From: Mobula hypostoma
Taxonomy: Eukaryota
DNA length: 64,000 nt
Direction of reading: 5' to 3'
Assembly: GCF_963921235.1 (NCBI RefSeq)
Contig: NC_086108.1
Location: 57,042,001 to 57,106,000, forward strand
The notes under the pieces were generated by a model. It saw only the letters and a program-made list of their open reading frames with translations, had not been told where the DNA came from and made no database searches. The stretch's first letter is position 1; each line of letters opens with the position of its first letter. The position numbers and the translations under genes were made by a program. Of this stretch, positions 1 through 10,979 are shown one piece after another.

Positions 1-308
1 ACCCGCCCACAACTCTAGCATATGTGCCCAGAAAGATTCTGGTCCCCCTTGAGTTCAGGTGTAACCTGCCCTTTATGTACAAGGTTATACCTTCCCCAAA
101 AGCGATCCCAATGACCCAGGAATCTGAAACCCTGTCCCCTGCATTAATTCTTCAGCCACATATTCATCTGCTAAATCATCCTGTTCTTACCCTCACTGGC
201 ATGTCAAGTGTCAAGTTGGAGAGGGCATGGAAGAGATTTACGAGGATGCTGCCTCGACTAGAAGGCTTGAGTTATAGGGAGAGGTTAGCCACGCTGGATC
301 TTATCTGG
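1..308. mobile_element. Two abutting CR1 LINE fragments (1-203 ORF1 piece, minus; 204-308 ORF2 C-terminal piece, plus)
   Basis: 1-203 resembles 46900-47090 of the long CR1. 204-308 encodes KLERAWKRFTRMLPRLEGLSYRERLATLDL, a typical CR1 ORF2 C-terminus. Confidence 0.7.
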
Positions 309-880
309 TAAGATGGCAGTGAGTTTGGACACATTGGCTTCTCGGGGGCCAACCAAAGGCGTTTCTGTCTTTTATTAAACACCTTTTTTTTGTGATCGCA
401 AGACAATGCTGTACTTTAAGAACTTTGGTACTGCAAGTTTACCCTGTCAGCAAGCTGCTTGCTGGCGGAGGAAATAGTCTTGGTGTTGACCGTTTTGCTA
501 CCTGATACAGAAAGGCGTTGGAATTGATGCATGAAGGCAGCATGCAGTGTAACGTTGATTGTCTTGGACATTTCACTTGTAATCACAACAACCTGTTGGA
601 CATTGATAATGTAAGCTGCTGTGGGCCCGTTTCCTTTGTTTGCGTGACAGACAGCGGGGAGCTGTGTGGCTTCAGTTGTAGCAAGGACTAAGCCCCAGGC
701 CGTGCGCTTTTCTGCTACTGCATTCCAGGAGAGGAAACACTGGAGGCAGTATAGCGCAGAGTCCATGCTCTGTTGGGAGCTGTCATCTCTTGTCGATGCT
801 ACCCTCCAGTGTTCGGTGGAATGACAAGCTAAATTGCTTAAACTACTGGGAACGGCACCATCAAATGTAAACAAAGGTGT
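308..880 (+). repeat. Dispersed non-coding repeat, diverged copy of the element at 60969-61673
   Basis: Collinear similarity seen by eye, e.g. taagatggc...ggggccaaccaaagg vs taaggtggt...gggtccaatcaagg; gatcgcaagacaatgctg vs gattgcaagtcactgctg; aggactaagccccaggc vs aggacttggcccaggc. Confidence 0.6.
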
Positions 881-1024
881 TTGGAGGTCTGCTCAAACAT
901 CTAACTTGCAGTAATTCATTACCATGTTTCAATTGTTTGAAAATTACTAAACTTAAAACAGATGTATTTTCAGAAATGGCCATAAAAATTTTGATCTGTT
1001 CTGATAAAAGATCAAATTCCTTAC

Positions 1025-1105
1025 CTTTATCCTTTCAATATTTGACTCTTTTTTAAGCTGCTGAACTGTCCTTGCTGCTTGTGCTATGTTGTTGGTGCTA
1101 GCCAT
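1025..1105 (-). CDS. GNG12: First coding exon of a heterotrimeric G-protein gamma subunit, GNG12-like (GNG7/GNG12 group). Whole exon is 1132-1025; the last coding exon lies left of the window.
   Basis: Translates to MASTNNIAQAARTVQQLKKESNIERIK (27 codons), resembling Gγ12 ASTNNIAQARRTVQQLRxEASIERIK. It ends at a phase-0 donor AAG|GTAAGG at the usual Gγ intron position. The acceptor is tgcctccttttcgtgcag|G at 1133/1132. Paralog assignment is less certain than family assignment. Confidence 0.8.
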
Positions 1106-1789
1106 TCTTGCTAATACTTTCAAAGTTGATACCTGCACGAAAAGGAGGCACAATAGTGCAAATGCACAAAACTAGAGACATAATGGACTTTTATATCACT
1201 TTAAAATTATATACCTACTTTGACTCTTCAAAGATATTGCTGATTTTTAGTGGCGTTGAAATGAAATCCTGCAAAATTAAACAAATTCAGTATCAATGAA
1301 TATAGAGGATCAAAATTAAAGCAACATTATTCCCAACTACAAATTGTTTTTTTGGTATAGGTGTATTACATTGGTTTTTAGATCACTAAATACAAGTTGT
1401 AAGAGATTCCATGAATAAAGTTATATTGATCAAATGTATAAAACAGTGAAATTAATATTACTGTCTCCTAACATACAGCAGTGCAGCACAGAAACAGGCC
1501 TTGAAGCTCACAAATATTACACCAAACTAATTAGTGCTGTTAAAATGAAGTTAATAATGTCAATACATTCATACAATTCTGGATGTGAAGAACTCCAATT
1601 ACAATTTCATTATTAGATTTTCCTCTTTAAAATTTAAGAAATTTGAGAAACAAGTCTTAAAAAAAATTGACACAACATACTTCGGTGTTAAATATTGTCT
1701 GTATAACATTATCAAAACTGGAAAAAATGAGATGTGTTTACAAAACAGCCTTTCACTACCTCAAGGTTTCTCAAATTCTTTAAGCCAAT

Positions 1790-1950
1790 AAAATACTTTT
1801 GAAGGGTAGTTTCTGTTTTCCTGTAGGGAATATGGCATGCAATTTGCACACAGCAAGCTTCAGTGAAAGCAAGGTAATAATGCCCAAATAATCGAGATTT
1901 TTCCAGTAATGTTGTTTGAGGGCTAAGTATTGGCATGGGATCAGGTACGA
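1790..1950 (-). mobile_element. Deu-domain SINE relic (SacSINE1/AmnSINE1-like)
   Basis: tacttttgaagggtag...caatttgcacacagcaagct...taataatgcccaaataatc...atgttgtttgagggctaagtattggc matches the reverse complement of the Deu domain as I recall it. Confidence 0.65.
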
Positions 1951-2499
1951 TTAAGCTATTCTTGGAGTTATCATTGTCGTTCACCAGAAGCTTAACTGGA
2001 TCAGCCACATAAAAACAGATTGGAGCCTAGACATTATAAGAAAAATGACTCATCTCCTGACTCCCCAAAGCCTTCTCTGCAATTCCAAGGCATAAATGGA
2101 ATATGATGCAATATTCTTCACTTGTCTAGATGATGGCAGGTTCAACACAGCTGAGCAGCTCAACATTTCTTTGACTAGCATCCTGCCTACCACTCGTAAC
2201 ATTCACTCTCTCCGCCACTAAGCATATAGTGGCTAAAATGCACCACCTAAAAAATCAATAACAGTTACATATAAAAGCTACAGTGACATTTCCCAAAGCT
2301 GTTCCTCATCATCCGTGAGGACAAAAGCAGCAGTTACATTGTAAACTCCAGCTACCTGTTTCCTCCCAAGCCTAAACACCCATCTTGAAAATCATCCAGC
2401 CTTCCTCACTGGGTCCAAATGCAAGAACTCTCCATCACACAGCACTGCAGAAGTGCCTTCATTAGAAAGACTGCAGAAATTAAAAATAACTCACCACCG

Positions 2500-2740
2500 C
2501 TCAACTTCCTTACCTACATCACCTGCCTGTCATCTTACACCCCTCCACAGTCCACCGAAATCCTTTCTCACCATTCCCATTCTCTCTATGCTGGCCAATT
2601 CACCTTTCCATTCTCAGTACTGATTCAGAGTTTCAACCGGAAACATTGACAATTCCTTTACTCTCACAGATATGGCATGGCCCACTAAGTTTCTACAGCA
2701 AATTGTTTGTTCTTCCAGATTCCAGCATCTGCAGTCTCAT
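2500..2740 (+). mobile_element. Penelope-like element terminal (pLTR) fragment with a degenerate hammerhead
   Basis: cagtactgattcagagtttcaaccggaaacattgac followed by the family tail ...ccagattccagcatctgcag, also seen at 24180-24545, 27700-27785, 30490-30645 and 56945-57080. Confidence 0.55.
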
Positions 2741-2744
2741 CTCT

Positions 2745-3355
2745 CCAATGCAGTTTGCCCTGCTTCTCCTAGAAGTTTGGCCAACTTTTCCTTATAGCAT
2801 GTCCTCTAATCTAGGCAGCACCCTTCTTAATACCTTCTGTACCCATTCCAAATCCCCACAGTTTTACTATAATGGGACTACCAAAATTGAATGCAATACT
2901 CCAGAAGTGGCCCAACTTGGGTTTTATAAAGCTGCAAGATCAACTTCTTGACTATTGAAATAAATGCCTTGACAAATAAGGCAAGCATGCAATACACCTT
3001 TTTATTTTAAACCACCAAACACATTGTGCGGCCACTTTCAGGGATCTATGCACTTGGACCCCCAGATCTCCCTTTACGTCAATACTTTTAAGGTTCCTGC
3101 CATTACCTTTCCCTTTACATTTGGTCCCAAAGTGTAATGCCTCACACTTGCCTGGATTAAACTCCATCTGCCACTTCTCTATCCATATCTGCAACTGATT
3201 TATACCTCGCTGTATCCTTTGGCAATGTTCTACACTACCCAGAATACACCAATTTTTGCGTCACCTGTAAACTGAATAACTCGACCATCTACATTTTTCA
3301 TCCTAAGTCAATTGATGACAAAAAGCAGGTCCCATTACGGATCCCTGTGGAACAA
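2745..3355 (-). mobile_element. CR1 LINE ORF2 fragment
   Basis: ORF 2952-3194 WQMEFNPGKCEALHFG...DLGVQVHRSLKVA is a CR1 RT C-terminal segment. Confidence 0.85.
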
Positions 3356-5539
3356 CTATATCATTACAGTACTGCTGATGAAATAACAGCAGAGAACATA
3401 GCACAAGTAACTAGAGAGTGACTGCTTTTCACATTTTGAAAAACTGAGGATGTTAGGAATATAGGTAGTAATCTTCCAGGACTATAGATTTCAAAAAATA
3501 TAGAGCAACTGGATTTCTGTTTTCCAAGATAGTCCCTTTTCTAAAGCACACAGATTTCACAGTTCAGTGCCTGATAACTATGGTTATTTTCTGTATGTCT
3601 GACTGCTGTTCTAAATATTTACCCTCAATAGCTTTGAAGGAAAACCAGCTGAAGCCTCTGAAAAATGTAAAATACGTTTCAATTTTATTTTCAGACCAAA
3701 TTAGATTTTTGCAATAAGACTGCAATCAGTTTCACAATCTGCAATTGTTATGTTAATGCAACTGATTAGCAGTCATATAGACAAGCTTTCTCATGGATCA
3801 GTGTTCACAAACAGCCAGTTTAGTTCAAACATTACATCCAACTGGCAGTAGTGTGTGGTGATATTCCAGGAACTGTCGTAACTTTTTTTTTAAAACAGTC
3901 CTGGAACACACAAACTGAAGTAATACATTGGATGAATCATAAAAATCTGAACATTTAACCAAACTTCCTTACCAAGATTTGCTCACTCTTTGAGACATTG
4001 CAAAAGATAGCTCATTATGTTAGTTAATGGTATATCAAAATACATTCTATAACATTTGGAATTAACAAAATAATTAACTGATTCAAATCATCTGAAGCAA
4101 TTTGAGTCAAAATGTTTGTTCTTTTTACAAATTAGAAAGGATTAACATACAATATATTCTCAAAAGAATTCCACGATTTGAGCAGCACCTCAGGTAATTA
4201 AATCTTTATATGTATTTAGTAGCCATATAATAGAACAATGTCTTGTATGAGGGTGTTAGATGTAAAGGAAATACTTAATTTCCTCCATAACAAGTATTAT
4301 TTAATCGTAAAATACAAAAAGAGTGAAGTATGTTACCACAATTCAAATTTCCACAGACTCGCCTGGATCCCCACTGACATAACTCAAGAACATGCTGCAA
4401 GAAATTTGAATGGTTCTTACATCCCCACCATTTCTAGCACGTACTACCATAGTGAGCTAAAGCTCTGATAATACTCCTTATATTCTGTACATTCATATTT
4501 CAACAGCAAGCAAACATTTTCTGTCACTTGTTCATGCTATCCAGATTGCAAGGATTTTTGAACTGGTATCATCTGTCAACTATTTGTTTCACAGCATTGA
4601 CTCAAAACATTTTCCAACCGGAATTTAAATTTATTCACAGCTGGCACAGATATGGTTTTTAACTGTTGCACCAAAAGAGCAATAAACACCTACAAGTTGC
4701 AAGCAGTACCATTTGCTAACTGAAATGTGCACAAGTGGTATGTGTATATGCAAGTGTAAGGAAAAACTGACTCATGGCACCATCCATCTCAGGCACAAAG
4801 CCATACAAGCAGTATTCACACACAAAACAAATTTTACACATTTTTTTTAACAAGAAAGAGTGTAGTTAGAACAAAAAAGACCATTTTAGTGCAAATCCTA
4901 ACGTCTTCCCCGTGGGACATATCTATCCTGCATCTTGTGCACTATTCCCAGAAACTTCAGCCATCTCTGCTCTGCCGTCATGCCTGCCAATGTCCTCCTC
5001 TAATCTACCTGGGCAAGCTCCTCTCTCACGCTTCTGTAATCCCCTTATGATACTGATACATGCGAGTTATGTTTCTCCCTCTCAAACTGCAGTATGAATT
5101 CAACCATATTATGACCATATCAATCATATTAGCTCCCTAATAAAGGCTGGTATTACACAATACCCAATCTAAGATTGCCTTTCCCCAAGTAGGCTCAAGC
5201 TGCTCTAAAAAGCTATCTTGTAGGCCAGGGGTCTCCAACCTTTTTTGCACCGCGGACCAGTTTAATATTGACAATATTCTTGCGGACTGGCTGACGGGGT
5301 GGGAGCGGGGTGTTAATCAAGACGGGAATATAGGTGATAAGTCAACTATAAGTCACTTATAAGTGGCTAATAAACTCAATTTCATTTATCTAACGAATTT
5401 AATATTAAACACACAGTGCTTATTTTCCTCGCATGAATATAATAAGTCAATTATAAGTCATTTATAAGTCAATAGCATCATAACATTTTAAGTAACGTTT
5501 GGATATTAAACACACAGCACATACTTTCCTTGTATGAAC

Positions 5540-6420
5540 TGTTACATACCCCGTAACTGGGTTGCCAAACCAGCAGAAATGGAACACCTGTTGGAGTCTG
5601 TGATTACTTGGAACTAATAAAGTTTTATTAAAGAAATAAGTAATACAGTACACTAATCGTAAGGATATAAATGTAACAGGTTAGCAATGATAGTATACAC
5701 ATATACACAGAAATAGGGTAATAGGAATCAACCAAGCTCTATTGCAGTCTAGGGGTTAAATGATCAGTCTTAAGTGAAGCAGAGTTCAGTTCAGTCTAGT
5801 GCAGTTCAAAGTAATCGCTGTTGTTGTACTGTTGGGGGGGGGAGAGAGGGAGGAGGAGAGAGAGAGAGAGAGAGAGATAGAGAGAGAGATAGAGATAGAG
5901 ATAGAGAGATAGATAGATGGATGGATAGATGGTTTCAGGCAAACCTTTTCGATGCCTTCTGATCCAGCTGTGGTCACCGACTGTGACCTCTCCGTTCTGG
6001 ATGCGATCTTTCTTCCGTGCTGAACCCGGCTCCCAGGCAAGGGCAGACACACACCAGGTTCCCGCCGGTCGTACCTTTACACCCTGTGAGCCTCTGACCG
6101 ATTCCCGCGAACCGGTCCTCCAAACTCACACCACCTTGTGGGGCACACTGCCCTTTCCAGGGTCTCGAGGTGTGTGTCTCGTGCCTTAGCAAACCCGCTA
6201 TTTTTATCCCCCGATGGGGTATCACCTGTCCATCAAACTTCAAACAGTTCAGGTTCAAAGCAAATGGTCTGTGGCAGACGCCAACATCTGAGTTATGTCT
6301 CTTTCTCGTTAATCTCTCTCTTCTCTCTTATTAGCATTTTGAATATTTCTCCATTGTCTTTCGTTATCTCTCTCATTAGTGTCATCCGTTCTGCAGCTCT
6401 GCTTGGCTTCACACATGACA
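5540..6420. mobile_element. Solo LTR (probably Gypsy-type) nested inside the hAT
   Basis: TG...CA ends (tgttac...atgaca). 4-bp TSD GAAC at 5536-5539 and 6421-6424. 881 bp with no coding remnant. Confidence 0.8.
5857..5931. repeat. (GA)n/(GAGATA)n/(GATA)n/(GATG)n compound microsatellite
   Basis: Seen directly, inside the solo LTR. Confidence 0.95.
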
Positions 6421-7639
6421 GAACATATAAAATCATTGCAACACTGCCAATATGACTGAATCAGTGGGAGTCCTGGGCTTGTTTCCCACAAGAAGATGGT
6501 CCCACGGAGGGGTGATGGGAGACAGCGATACTAGAATGGGGCTCCTTATGTCCAGTCTAATCTGCTTCACAGCGATATGATGTTGGAAATGGAAGCAATG
6601 TTTTCAGTGCTTTCATGGCTATCTCAGGATATTTAGCCTTGACTTTGATCCAGAATGCCGGCAGAGATGTTATGTCAAACATATTTTTCAGCCTGCTGTC
6701 ATTTGCAAGCTGGAGGAGTTGATCTTCTTCCTGTGCTGACATGGATGATGTGTGTGTAATGACCTTGCGCATGTTCAAGTTCAAGAGTGGGTGTGACAGA
6801 GAATGAGGAAAGGTGCAGCTGACTGATTACAGGGTTACTAGATTGACTTTCCCAGCGGCAAATTCCAGAAATCTGGCTTTTTCCCAATTTGATTGGCGTT
6901 AGAAAATTCATTTGTCTTTTGGGCTTTTTCCTGCCTTTTTACACACTAAAATTATCTGCACGAAAATTACATACCGTCCTTTTTCTAAAACATTTTTCTT
7001 TAAGAAAAATGTTTTTTGGTCAGTTATATTTGGCAATATTTCTGCTGCCAAGAGTCTGGGCAAGAAGGCACCAACCAGCAAGTCGGCAACACGGTCATGT
7101 CACCAAATCATATCGTTTCCTCGCGGCCCGGTTACATGCTTTGCGGCCTAGCACCAGTTCGCGGCCCGTTGGTACTTGGCAGCAAAGTAGGTACTAGGTT
7201 GGGGACCACTGTTGTAGGCATTCAACAAATTCCCTGTCTTGCGATTTGACACCAACCTGATTTTCCCAATCCCCTTGCATATTTAAATCTCCCATTACAA
7301 TTGTGTCATTACCCTTATTACATGCTTTTTCCAGCTCCCTTTGCAATCTCAACCCCACATCTTGGCTACTATTGGAGATCTATATATAATTCCCATAATG
7401 TTTTTTTTACCTTTGCAGTTTCTTAACTCCACCCACAAAGATTCAACATTCTTTGACCCTATGGCACCTCTTTCTAAAGATGTAATTCTATTTCATACTA
7501 ACAGAGCCACACCACTGCCAATGCCTTCCTGACTGCTTTTGATAAAGGATATCCTTTGATGTTAAGTTCCCAACTATGACCCTCTTTCAGCCACGACTCA
7601 GTGATCCCCACAAGGTCATACTGACCAATCACGAATGAG

Positions 7640-8487
7640 GAAACCTAAGTATGGGTTAGTAAATTTGCAGATAACACAATGATTAGTGGAGTAATCTTGT
7701 CCACTAATGAAGGTTGTCATAGGTTACAATGGGACAGTAACAAGATGTGTAGCTGGGCTGAAAAGTGGTAGCTGGAGTTCCACCCAGAGGAGGGCAAAGT
7801 GATTCACTTTGGAAGGTTGAATCTTAAGGCAGAATACGGAGTTAATGGCAGGATTCCTAGTAGCGTGGAAGAACAGAGAGATTTTGGAGTCCACGTTGAT
7901 ATATCCCTGAAAAGTTGCCGAACAAGTTGATAGGGTTGTTAAGAAAATGTATGGTGTGTTGACCTTCCTTAGGGGATTCAGTTGTTCAAGAGCTGTGAGG
8001 TAATGTTCCTGCTCTATAAAACCCAGGTTAGACCACATTTTTGGAAAGATGTGGAATCTTTAGAGGGTACCTGGATCAGAGAACATGTTTTATGAGGATA
8101 GGTTGAGTGAGTTCATGCTTTTCTCTTTGGGGAGAAGCAGGATAAGTGGTGACGATAGAGTTGTACAGATGATAAGAGGCATAGATTGAGTGGACAACTG
8201 GAGATATTTTCCCAGGAGGGAACTGGCTCATACAAGAGGGCATAATTTTAAGGCGATCAGAGGAAAGTATAGGGGGAATATCAAGAAGAAAACCACAGTG
8301 GTGGGTATGTAGAATGTTGTGCCGGGGGTTGAGGCAGATATCATTAGGGATATTTAAAGTGGGCACATGGATGAAAGAAAGGGTTATGTGGAAAAGAAGC
8401 ATTAGATTGATTGTGGAGAAGGTAAAAGTTTGGCGCAACATCATAGGCCGAAGGGCCTGTACTGTGCTGTATTGTTCTATGTTCTAA
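7640..8487 (+). mobile_element. CR1 LINE 3' fragment
   Basis: Degenerate VSKFAD...LYKTxVRPH frames. Typical 3' end ggccgaagggcctgtactgtgctgtattgttctatgttcta. Confidence 0.8.
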
Positions 8488-9099
8488 ACTGATTGAAGTG
8501 GTCATATTGTTGCTGAACTGCTGTGATTAGGGTTTTCCTGGTTGGTTTAAGAATCAAATGGCTGAAGGGTTATTGTTACTGTTATTGTTCCTGGCCCATG
8601 ACATTTCAAAAGGTTACTGTTACTATCGAGGGTCCTACATACAGGATAGCATTTATGAAAGGGTGTCACTAGCACTAGCTGAAAGTTCTGAGTTTGTATA
8701 TGACTATCACGTGGTAGCTTGTCTAGTGTCAGACAGTTCTATTTTAGTACTGGTATCCTGGCAGTAGAGAGAGCAAATATGCAGCAATGATTTGACAGAA
8801 TATGTCTTTATGTCATGACCAATTCAAATGCCTGGCCTTTTCATGGGCTCATCCATGACGTGGAGTAACAACACTCCAGAGTGAAAAGGACTTTTTTTTT
8901 CTCTTTTCTAAGCAAAATCAGTGTATTACTTAAATTACCAGAATCATATTGATAGAAAAAAAACAATTTGAAATGAATTTTCTTAAAATCTACAATCTAA
9001 TTTATATTTTTGCAAGTCATCAAACAAACAAATCTTAAGTAGTCATGTACTTATTGAGTACATAAGGCATCAATTTGTGACAGTTTGACATTTGAACAG

Positions 9100-9760
9100 A
9101 AGCCAATTAGCGATTGGGATTGATTGGTAAGAAGGGGAAAAAAAACAAGGCAGTGCAAGTGAGATGGCTATTGTTGGAGTGGACAGTGTTAGAGTGGTTA
9201 TTTGAGGCTTTAGTACTTCGAGGCTTCAGCAAGTAAAGGTTTGAGTGAGACAAGGCAAAAAAAGCTGCAGATATATTTTTTATTCTTTGCTTATTTATAT
9301 TGCATAGTTAAAACAGTAAGAATGCCAGGCAGGATAGCTGAATACTCCTCTTGTGACATGTGGGAAGGTAGAGAGTCCTCCAGTATCCCTGACTTCATCT
9401 GCAATAAGTACATCTAGCTGCAGCTTCTAACACTCTGCATTATGGTGTTGGAGCTGAAACTGGATCAACTCTGGATCTTTCGGGAGGCTGATAATTAGGA
9501 CGTCTAGAGAGGTAGTTACACCCAAGGTGCAGGACACAGAAGACTGGCTGACAGCCAGGAAGGGTAAAGGGTTAAAAAGCCAGTGCAGAGTACCCCTGTG
9601 GCAAACCCCCTCATCAACTTTGGATACTGTTGGGGGGGGGGGGTGATGACCTAGGCAGAAGAAAGTCACAGTGTTCAAGTCTCTGGCACTGAGTCAGACT
9701 GTGTGATTCAGAAGGGAAGGGGGAGAAGAGTGAGCAGTGGTGATAGGGGATTCATCAGGG
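9100..9760 (+). mobile_element. CR1 5' UTR/ORF1 fragment
   Basis: Parallels the reverse complement of 47370-47790 (ttggatactgttggggg...gtggtgataggggattc encodes VVIGDS). Confidence 0.65.
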
Positions 9761-9889
9761 AAATTTCATAAATCTATGCATGAAGGAGCAATTACAGTAT
9801 TTTTTTTCTCCTTCAACTCAATACTTTCTCAAGGAGCTTAATGCAATTTGCTTTAGTATTTCTACATCTTGTAAAAGGGAATGAAAAAG

Positions 9890-10835
9890 TGTGCACGCGC
9901 CGGTCGTGCATGCAGCCTGTTACAGCCGTTCCGACCAGTATTCTTACTTTTTAAATTACGTTATTTTTTGTATTTTTTTCCCATGGTAACACGTTGAAGC
10001 TGCAACTTCTCTAACATGCTGGTAGAGAGAGTTTTATTTGGGTTTTTAGCGCTGGAAATAGTTACATTCCGACACGTCTCATTAGTGGGACAGAAGCATG
10101 GTCGCATTGTGTATTCCAGGGACTAGCTGATTGAGCTTATGCCGGCCGGTTTAGTGAACAGAGTGGCGGACACCCCTGCTGAAATCTGGAGGAAAACACA
10201 CAGAAGGTGCAGAGGGGGATAACAAAGGCAAGGAAAGAAGATCGGGTCGAGACAACAGAGACTTATGGAGAAGAGGAGTTCGGTGGGTAATAAAATGGAT
10301 GAGTTCACGGCGCTAGCCAGGCATCAGAGAACATTTCGGGAGTGCAGTGTTATGTGTTTCACTGGAATGGGGCTGCACGAGGACATAACCGAACAAAACT
10401 TTTCCATGGACGGCTTCCAGACCGTTCGGGCTGACCGGAAGTGCACTGAGAGTGGTAAGCGTAAAGGAGTTGGGTGCTTACTGTTCTGGTTAACAACAGA
10501 TGCTGCAATCCGGGTCATATTACGATCGAGGAATGTGTTTGTAGACCAGATATTGAACTTCTGCTGTTGGACTTCGGCCATATTCCACTGAGATACAGCA
10601 CTGGGAGGTTGTTTCTGCCTGTGGCCATCGAACTTTGCAGCTCCTCCCGTGGAGGGTCAGACACCCTGAGCCAACAGGCTGGTCCTGGAATTACTTTCCA
10701 TCTGGCACAGTTTGAATTTTGTTGTCTGATTGTTTGTGGTTTTTGTATTGCTATATTATGCTCTATTCTTGGTTGGTGCGGCTGTAACGAAACCCAACTT
10801 CCCTTGGGGTTAATAAAGTATATCTATTTATCTAT
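9890..10835 (+). mobile_element. Rex1/Babar-type LINE, internally deleted (APE endonuclease start fused to the 3' UTR)
   Basis: NKMDEFTALARHQRTFRECSVMCFT...LHEDI is an APE N-terminus. It jumps at ~10590 to a 3' end (gggtcagacaccctgagccaa...aataaagta plus short repeats) shared with 52385-52722. Confidence 0.7.
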
Positions 10836-10979
10836 GTGTCACTTGAAAGTTTAAGAGTTTGGACACAGGTACACCCTGGTCTGCTGGGTATTGCCAACAT
10901 TTGGTGTTTTTGTTTTACATTTCTACCATCTGCAGCTTTTAAAAAAAAAATCACCCTTTACTCTCACTTAAAAACATAA

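Larger units (their letters stand above)
5226..7211 (-). mobile_element. hAT (Charlie/Buster-like) non-autonomous DNA transposon
   Basis: TIRs caggggtctccaacct / aggttggggaccactg. Perfect 8-bp TSD TTGTAGGC at 5218-5225 and 7212-7219. hAT C-terminal dimerisation remnant LPAFWIKVKAKYPEIAMKALKTLLPFPTSYRCEA at 6557-6784. Confidence 0.92.
5100..7635 (-). mobile_element. CR1 endonuclease-region fragment split by the hAT insertion
   Basis: The sequence reads through the hAT TSD (ctctaaaaagctatcttgtaggc|attcaacaaattccc) and parallels 46240-46650 of the long CR1. Confidence 0.65.

Noticed and set aside
416..874. 152-aa minus-strand ORF just downstream of the Gγ exon
   Set aside because: No Gγ C-terminal motif (DPLL...NPF...CaaX), and it is the antisense of the dispersed repeat also found at 60969-61673.
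953..1153. 66-aa ORF as a single-exon gene
   Set aside because: It reads through the acceptor at 1133 and the donor at 1024; only 1105-1025 is Gγ-like.
5774..6052. ER/DR- and SL/YL-rich ORFs
   Set aside because: They are translations of the microsatellite in the solo LTR.
7220..8487. Opposite-orientation CR1 pieces as a twin-priming inversion
   Set aside because: The pieces come from distant parts of ORF2 (EN vs late RT) and no shared TSD is visible; independent insertions are a simpler explanation.
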